Shown: positions 56,656 through 64,000 of the stretch, in pieces
Numbering within the stretch: the stretch's first letter is position 1
How the letters are laid out: each line of letters begins with the position of its first letter
Source of the DNA: Eledone cirrhosa
Lineage: Eukaryota
Assembly: GCA_964016885.1 (NCBI GenBank)
Contig: OZ024759.1
Span: forward strand, 35,340,001-35,404,000
Reading direction: 5' to 3'
Length of the DNA stretch: 64,000 nt
Notes under the pieces: generated by a model
What the model saw: only the letters and a program-made list of their open reading frames with translations
Told to the model about the DNA's origin: nothing
The model's database searches: none
Made by a program: the position numbers and the translations under genes

Positions 56656-56925
56656 AATATATATATATATATGTGTATATTTATTGTTAACTGACCACAA
56701 CTTGTCACATGGTCGTGTAACCAAAAAAACCCCACCCTCCTTACCAAGTTTATTTAGTGAGGAGGGTGGCTTTGGAGACCCTGTGGAATGGAAAACAACC
56801 CCCCTCCCACTCTCAAGTGTGAACCTAATACCCAACACTGTTCGTACTGCACTCATTGCTTTTGTTTTGTTCCTTGCCTAATTCCAACCTGCCCGTCCCC
56901 TCAATCTATTTTATTACTCATTCTT

Positions 56926-56961
56926 TCTTCTGATGAAGGACTAGCGTCCGAAACGTTAAGA
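56926..56961 (+). ncRNA. Very compact type I hammerhead motif
   Basis: TCTT-CTGATGA-A-GGAC-TAGC-GTCC-GAAACGTT-AAGA. 4-bp helix I, 4-bp helix II, palindromic ACGT helix III. Confidence 0.7.
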
Positions 56962-57048
56962 CCCTCTTCCTGCTATATCAAGCGTTAACCTAATATATCC
57001 TTTCCATATACTGTACCGATTGTGTTGTTATTTCTGTTTACCTTTTAC

Positions 57049-57138
<90 letters not shown>

Positions 57139-57173
57139 TTTATTAACTTGTTGTGGAACTAACTCTCTTTCTC

Positions 57174-57288
<115 letters not shown>

Positions 57289-57555
57289 AAAACAAATTTG
57301 TTACAATTTGGTTAAAATAAAAACAAAAACCCAACACAATATTACTTATTCCATCAATATGTTTTAATGTTTGTCTTACTGATAAAGAACTAGAAACAAC
57401 AATAAAACAGAATAAAACAATATATTGTAGCTGTTTCTTAGACTATATTTAGCTTCTATTTCTACATAGGGTAGGATAGACCTGCAAATTCATAAATTTT
57501 TCCTTTTCTTTGAAAGTAATTTGTTTGCCTACTTAGATGTCAGTTTTAAAAACAG

Positions 57556-57700
57556 GCAGACATTGTTGGTTCGGAAAGAGATCTTCTGTGTAGGAAGGGG
57601 CGAAGGAAGGAATGGTTAATTGTAAAGATTCTCACAGATGAGGCACTTGAAAGGAAAACATGGAATGATGTCTTCTTGGAGAATGGTGAAGTTTATTGTG
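57556..57700 (+). CDS. Internal coding exon (ADIVGSERDLLCRKGRRKEWLIVKILTDEALERKTWNDVFLENGEVYC)
   Basis: AACAG acceptor and G|GTAAGA donor; 145 nt open from phase 0 to phase 1, compatible with both neighbours. Confidence 0.6.
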
Positions 57701-57874
57701 GTAAGACAGCCTCTAGTTATTACAGAAACACTTGTAATCACTCTCAAGCAGATGGCGCCATCATGGAAAAATGAGCGTTAAACGGTGATGATGATGATGG
57801 TAAATATATATATATACCATCATCATCATATATATGTATACATATATATATCTATATATATATATCTATATATC

Positions 57875-57908
<34 letters not shown>

Positions 57909-57913
57909 GATAT

Positions 57914-57946
<33 letters not shown>

Positions 57947-58001
57947 CACACACACATATATATATATACACACACACACATATATATATACACACACACA
58001 C

Positions 58002-58064
<63 letters not shown>

Positions 58065-58389
58065 TATATATATATATACACACATGTATATATATATGCA
58101 CACATATATATATATATACACACACACATATATATACACATACATATATATATATATACACACATATATATATATGTATGTAAATGTATATATATGTATA
58201 TGTGTGTGTGTGTGTGATTCTTGTTGTTTAAGGAGTCACTGAAATGATGTATTGAGTGAGTCAGTGACACAGTGAGTGACTCAAGAGAGTCACTCCTATT
58301 TAATACTCATCCTGGCTTTTATTGATTTTCTCAACTCTATATTTATCAATGAGAAGCTTTACACTAACCCTGTTGATACCGATATAGAC

Positions 58390-59280
58390 ATGTGGTTAGA
58401 ATGTCTCAGGAAAGAATCCCTGGAGAGTCACTCCAGGTAGAGCTGCTACTTCTCCGAATTGAGAGATCACAGCTCTGATACTATGGAGGACATGTGGTTA
58501 GAATGTCTCAGGAAAGAATCACTGGACAGAATTGAGAGATCACAGCTCTGATACTATGGAGGACATGTGGTTAGAATGTCTCAGGAAAGAATCACTCGAC
58601 AGAATTAAGAGATCACAGCTCTGATACTATGGAGGACATGTGGTTAGAATGTCTCAGGAAAGAATCACTGGACAGAATTGAGAGATCACAGCTCTGATAC
58701 TATGGAGGACATGTGGTTAGAATGTCTCAGGAAAGAATCACTGGACAGAATTGAGAGATCACAGCTCTGATACTATGGAGGACATGTGGTTATAATGTAT
58801 CAGGAAAGAATCACTGGACAGAATTGAGAGATCACAGCTCTGATACTATGGAGGACATGTGGTTAGAATGTCTCAGGAAAGAATCACTCGACAGAATTAA
58901 GAGATCACAGCTCTGATACTATGGAGGACATGTGGTTAGAATGTCTCAGGAAAGAATCACTGGACAGAATTGAGAGATCACAGCTCTGATACTATGGAGG
59001 ACATGTGGTTAGAATGTCTCAGGAAAGAATCACTGGACAGAATTGAGAGATCACAGCTCTGATACTATAGACATGTGGTTAGAATGTCTCAGGAAAGAAT
59101 CACTCGACAAACTTTACAGCCAAAACCAACTGGCAGGAGACCCAGGGGTAGACCCTAAGCAAGATGGTTGGATAACATCCATGAGCTTGGCTGGTCTCAC
59201 TTGGGGATCCAGCAGAATCAATTGGAGAAGGTTGCTTCTGACAGGACCCCCTGGAAGGAATGTTTGAGGAGACTCTGCTC
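58390..59280 (+). mobile_element. RTE fragment with internal 73-bp tandem repeat (8+ copies, 58457-59110)
   Basis: 73-bp period followed by the normal RTE continuation (RRPRGRPKQDGW region). Confidence 0.8.
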
Positions 59281-59293
59281 CCATATATATGTG

Positions 59294-59329
<36 letters not shown>

Positions 59330-59881
59330 GAAGTTGATGGAAACTGCGGAGTGGGGAGACCCAAGAAGACCAGGGATGAGGTGATAAAAGCCAACCTTAC
59401 CCAATTACACCTCTCAAAGGTGATGACACACGACCGTGACCTCTGGCGTCACGCAGTAATACAGAAGACCCCCCCCCCCATGGGTACAAGCTGAAGCTGA
59501 AGCATATAGACAATATGCCCCACCCCCTTCCACTGTAAAGTGGACGTGCCACGGAAACAAAGCACCCAGCACTCACTGTAAATGAGGTTGGTGTTAGGAA
59601 GGGAGGGCATCCAGCTGTAGAAATCAAGCCAGAATCAGAACAAGACAAGGTCAGCCGACCGGCTACTGCCCACAACAGGACAACCCGTCTAACCCATGCT
59701 AGCGTGAAAGAACGGACGTAAAACGGTGATGATGATGATATATATAGATCAAGGAAATGACAACAGAGGTACAAAAAGTCTTATTAGTTCCATGCTTTAT
59801 ATGGAAAATAGATAAATACACACACACATAAATATATATATATATATGATACACACACACCTATAAATATAAATAAATATA

Positions 59882-59913
<32 letters not shown>

Positions 59914-60014
59914 GGCTGTTGGTGTGAATATTTAGTACTTTTATTACCTCAAAATCAATATATCCTGTGAGTATAAATTGATTTTTATCTCTTCTAACCA
60001 ATTTCAAATGGTAG

Positions 60015-60111
60015 AGCTTCACTGGGTTGTGAAAATGATATCCCAACTAAATGACTCTCTGTTACAGGAGACAAGAATGATGTCTTTTAAATGTCTTCTG
60101 TATTCCTGCAG
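60015..60111 (+). CDS. Internal coding exon (ELHWVVKMISQLNDSLLQETRMMSFKCLLYSC), possible GC donor
   Basis: TAG acceptor at 60012-60014; the phase-1 start completes a GAG codon with the upstream exon; ends CAG|GCATGT. Confidence 0.5.
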
Positions 60112-60114
60112 GCA

Positions 60115-61200
60115 TGTGTCTGAGGGTGGTGGAGTGTGGTGGTGTCTGAGGGTGGTGGTGTCTGAGGGTGGTGGAGTGTGGTGGTGTCTGAGGGTGGTGG
60201 TGTCTGAGGGTGGTGGAGTGTGGTGGTGTCTGAGGGTGGTGGTGTCTGAGGGTGGTGGAGTGTGGTGGTGTCTGAGGGTGGTGGAGTGTGGTGTGTGGTG
60301 GTGTCTGAGGGTGGTGGACTGTGGAGTGTGGTGGTGTCTGAGGGTGGTGGAGTGTGGTGTGTGGTGGTATCTGAGGGTGGTGGAGTGTGGTGGTGTCTGA
60401 GGGTGGTGGAGTGTGGTGGTGTCTGAGGGTGGTGGAGTGTGGTGTGTGGTGGTGTGTGGTGGTGTCTGAGGGTGGTGGAGTGTGGTGGTGTCTGAGGGTG
60501 GTGGAGTGTGGTGTGTGGTGGTGTCTGAGGATGGTGGAGTGTGGTGTGTGGTGGTGTCTGAGGGTGGTGGAGTGTGGTGTGTGGTGGTGGACTGTGGAGT
60601 GTGGTGGTGTCTGAGGGTGGTGGAGTGTGGTGTGTGTGGTGGTGGAGTGTGGTGTGTGTGGTGGTGGAGTGTGGTGTGTGGTGGAGTGTGGAGTGTGGTG
60701 GTGTCTGAGGGTGGTGGAGTGTGGTGGTGTCTGAGGGTGGTGGAGTGTGGTGGTGTCTGAGGGTTGTGGAGTGTGGTGTGTGGTGGTGTCTGAGGGTGGT
60801 GGAGTGTGGTGTGTGGTGGTGTCTGAGGGTGGTGGACTGTGGAGTGTGGTGGTGTCTGAGGGTGGTGGAGTGTGGTGTGTGTGGTGGTGGAGTGTGGTGT
60901 GTGTGGTGGTGGAGTGTGGTGTGTGGTGGAGTGTGGTGGTGTCTAGGGTGGTGGAGTGTGGAGTGTGGTGGTGTCTGAGGGTGGTGGAGTGTGGTGGTGT
61001 CTGAGGGTGGTGGAGTGTGGTGGTGTCTGAGGGTGGTGGAGTGTGGTGGTGTCTGAGGGTGGTGGAGTGTGGTGGTGTCTGAGGGTGGCGGTGTCTGAGG
61101 GTGGTGGAGTGTGGTGTGTCGTGGTGTCTGAGGGTGGTGGAGTGTGGTGGTGTCTGAGGGTTCTGGAGTGTGGTGTGTCGTGGTGTCCGAGTGTGGTGTG
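60115..61200. repeat. GTG/CTGAGG compound minisatellite
   Basis: Direct reading. Confidence 0.9.
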
Positions 61201-62224
61201 TGGTGTGGTGGTAGGGTGGGTTGTGGTGAGGTGTAGTGTGGTGGGGTGGTGTGTAGTGTAGTATGGTGGTGGGGTGTGGTGTGATGGTGTCTATGTGTGG
61301 TATGGTGACGGGGTGGGGTGTGGTGTAGTGTGCCTCACAGACTTAACCCATTCCACATTACTCTTCCACTCCATTCATCTTCATTCCTATATTCCACTCC
61401 ACTCTACTCCCCTCCACTCCACTCCACTCTACTCCCCTCCACTCCACTCCCCTCCAGCAGTAGTAGCAGTATACTCCACTTAACATTGTTATGTTACACC
61501 AACTGTGGGAATAACTGCAGGTTAGTTGGAAAGATGCAACATTTGCTGGAGATTATTACTGGCAGTAATTGGTAGAGCGCCGGACACCATGCTTTACGGC
61601 ATAGAGTTACGGCCCTTTACACTCTGAGTTCAAATTCTGCCGAGGTTAACTTTGCCTTTCATCCTTACGGAGTAGATAAAATAAAGTACCAGTAATACAC
61701 TGGAGTTTATTTAATTGATTTTCCTTTGCCCCAAAATTGCTGGCCACACCACTACTGTGTCACCATACCACCATACCATTGTGTTCCCATACCACCATAC
61801 CATTGTGTCACCACACCACCATAGTGCCATCACACCACCATACCATTGTGTCACCACACCACCATAGTGTCATCACACCACCATACCATTGTGTCACCAC
61901 ACCACCATAGTGTCATCACACCACCATACCATTGTGTCACCATACCACCATAGTGTCATCACACCACCATACCATTGTACCACCATACCATTGTGCCACC
62001 ATACAATACAACTGTGCCTGCCACTATACCATTTCAAAACCACACTATTGTATCACCATACCATCACACTATTGTACCACCATACCATCACACTATTGTA
62101 CCACCATACCTCTACACCACCATACCATTATACCATTGTATCTTCATACTACCATACCACTGTGTCATCATACAACCATACCATTATGTCATCAGACCAT
62201 TATACCACTATGTCATCATACCAT

Positions 62225-63195
62225 TGTACCACTATACCACCATTCCATTGTTCCACCATACCACTGTGTCATCCTACCACTATACCACCATTCCATTGTT
62301 CCACCATACCACTGTGTCATCCTACCACTATACCACCATTCCATTGTTCCACCATACCACTGTGTCATCCTACCACTATACCACCATTCCATTGTTCCAC
62401 CATACCACTGTGTCATCCTACCACTATACCACCATTCCATTGTTCCACCATACCACTGTGTCATCCTACCACTATACCACCATTCCATTGTTCCACCATA
62501 CCACTGTGTCATCCTACCACTATACCACCATTCCATTGTTCCACCATACCACTGTGTCATCCTACCACTATACCACCATTCCATTGTTCCACCATACCAC
62601 TGTGTCATCCTACCACTATACCACCATTCCATTGTTCCACCATACCACTGTGTCATCCTACCACTATACCACCATTCCATTGTTCCACCATACCACTGTG
62701 TCATCCTACCACTATACCACCATTCCATTGTTCCACCATACCACTGTGTCATCCTACCACTATACCACCATTCCATTGTTCCACCATACCACTGTGTCAT
62801 CCTACCACTATACCACCATTCCATTGTTCCACCATACCACTGTGTCATCCTACCACTATACCACCATTCCATTGTTCCACCATACCACTGTGTCATCCTA
62901 CCACTATACCACCATTCCATTGTTCCACCATACCACTGTGTCATCCTACCACTATACCACCATTCCATTGTTCCACCATACCACTGTGTCATCCTACCAC
63001 TATACCACCATTCCATTGTTCCACCATACCACTGTGTCATCCTACCACTATACCACCATTCCATTGTTCCACCATACCACTGTGTCATCCTACCACTATA
63101 CCACCATTCCATTGTTCCACCATACCACTGTGTCATCCTACCACTATACCACCATTCCATTGTTCCACCATACCACTGTGTCATCCTACCATTAT
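62225..63195. repeat. Homogeneous 48-bp minisatellite (~20 apparently identical copies)
   Basis: Unit CCACTATACCACCATTCCATTGTTCCACCATACCACTGTGTCATCCTA. Confidence 0.95.
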
Positions 63196-63756
63196 ACCAC
63201 TGTGACCCAGCTCACAAAACTGACCTTTCTGTCTAGCTATTCTGTAAATGTTAAATATGTGAAGTGTTTGTGATAAATCTTCTTACATCAAAGGTTAACT
63301 GGTTAAATGGTATTGGGATGGTATTGGGATGTCTGCAGGAATTGTCCAAAGACATGTCTCTCTTCCACTTCACCCGATATATATATATATATTATCATAT
63401 ATATATACATGTATAGATCATCATATATATATATATGATGATATATACATGCATATATATGATAATATATACAATGATATTAAATAAATGTAAACTATAT
63501 TTATAAAACCATATTTATTCTATTATATATATTTCAAGGGTATCTATCATATTATGATAATATTTATATATTATCATATATATATATCATCACTTATATA
63601 TATATATCATCACATATATATATATATCATCACATATATATATATATCATCACATATATATATATATCATCACATATATATATATATATCATCATATATA
63701 TATATATATCATCACATATATATATATATCATCACATATATATATATATATATCAT

Positions 63757-63791
<35 letters not shown>

Positions 63792-63820
63792 TCACATATA
63801 TATATATATATATATATCAT

Positions 63821-63873
<53 letters not shown>

Positions 63874-64000
63874 TCACACACATATATATATATATATCAT
63901 CATATATATATATATATATAATATGGAGAACGAAGGATCAGTGATACATCAGAACACAATTTATTAACATATTACAATTGTTTCTCCGGTGAACAGCTTG

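Noticed and set aside
61889-63273. 430-aa repetitive ORFs in four frames
   Set aside because: A 48-bp minisatellite that happens to lack stop codons.

Overview
AT-rich, microsatellite-saturated animal genomic DNA with one 200-N gap at 25961-26160. The repeat complement (tRNA-derived SINEs, RTE and CR1 LINE relics, mariner/piggyBac-type relics, very long (TA)n-type arrays) suggests a cephalopod, probably an octopod; this is an inference. Coding content is sparse: one uninterrupted 2.56-kb ORF with a C-terminal VPS9-like domain (15266-17824), a candidate terminal exon (32850-32990) and three phase-compatible exons of an unidentified gene (55740-60111). Most other long ORFs in the track are artefacts of simple repeats. 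The main discovery is a set of short non-coding insertions carrying type I hammerhead ribozyme folds (helix I-CUGANGA-helix II-GAAA-helix III-NUH-helix I). These belong to roughly seven or more unrelated sequence families, usually sit in (TA)n tracts, and are often arranged as fold-back palindromes whose turn points fall at or near ribozyme helices. One is a 310-bp tandem unit with one hammerhead per monomer, resembling a retrozyme or Penelope pLTR. Separately, three independent minisatellites derive from the same RTE motif region.
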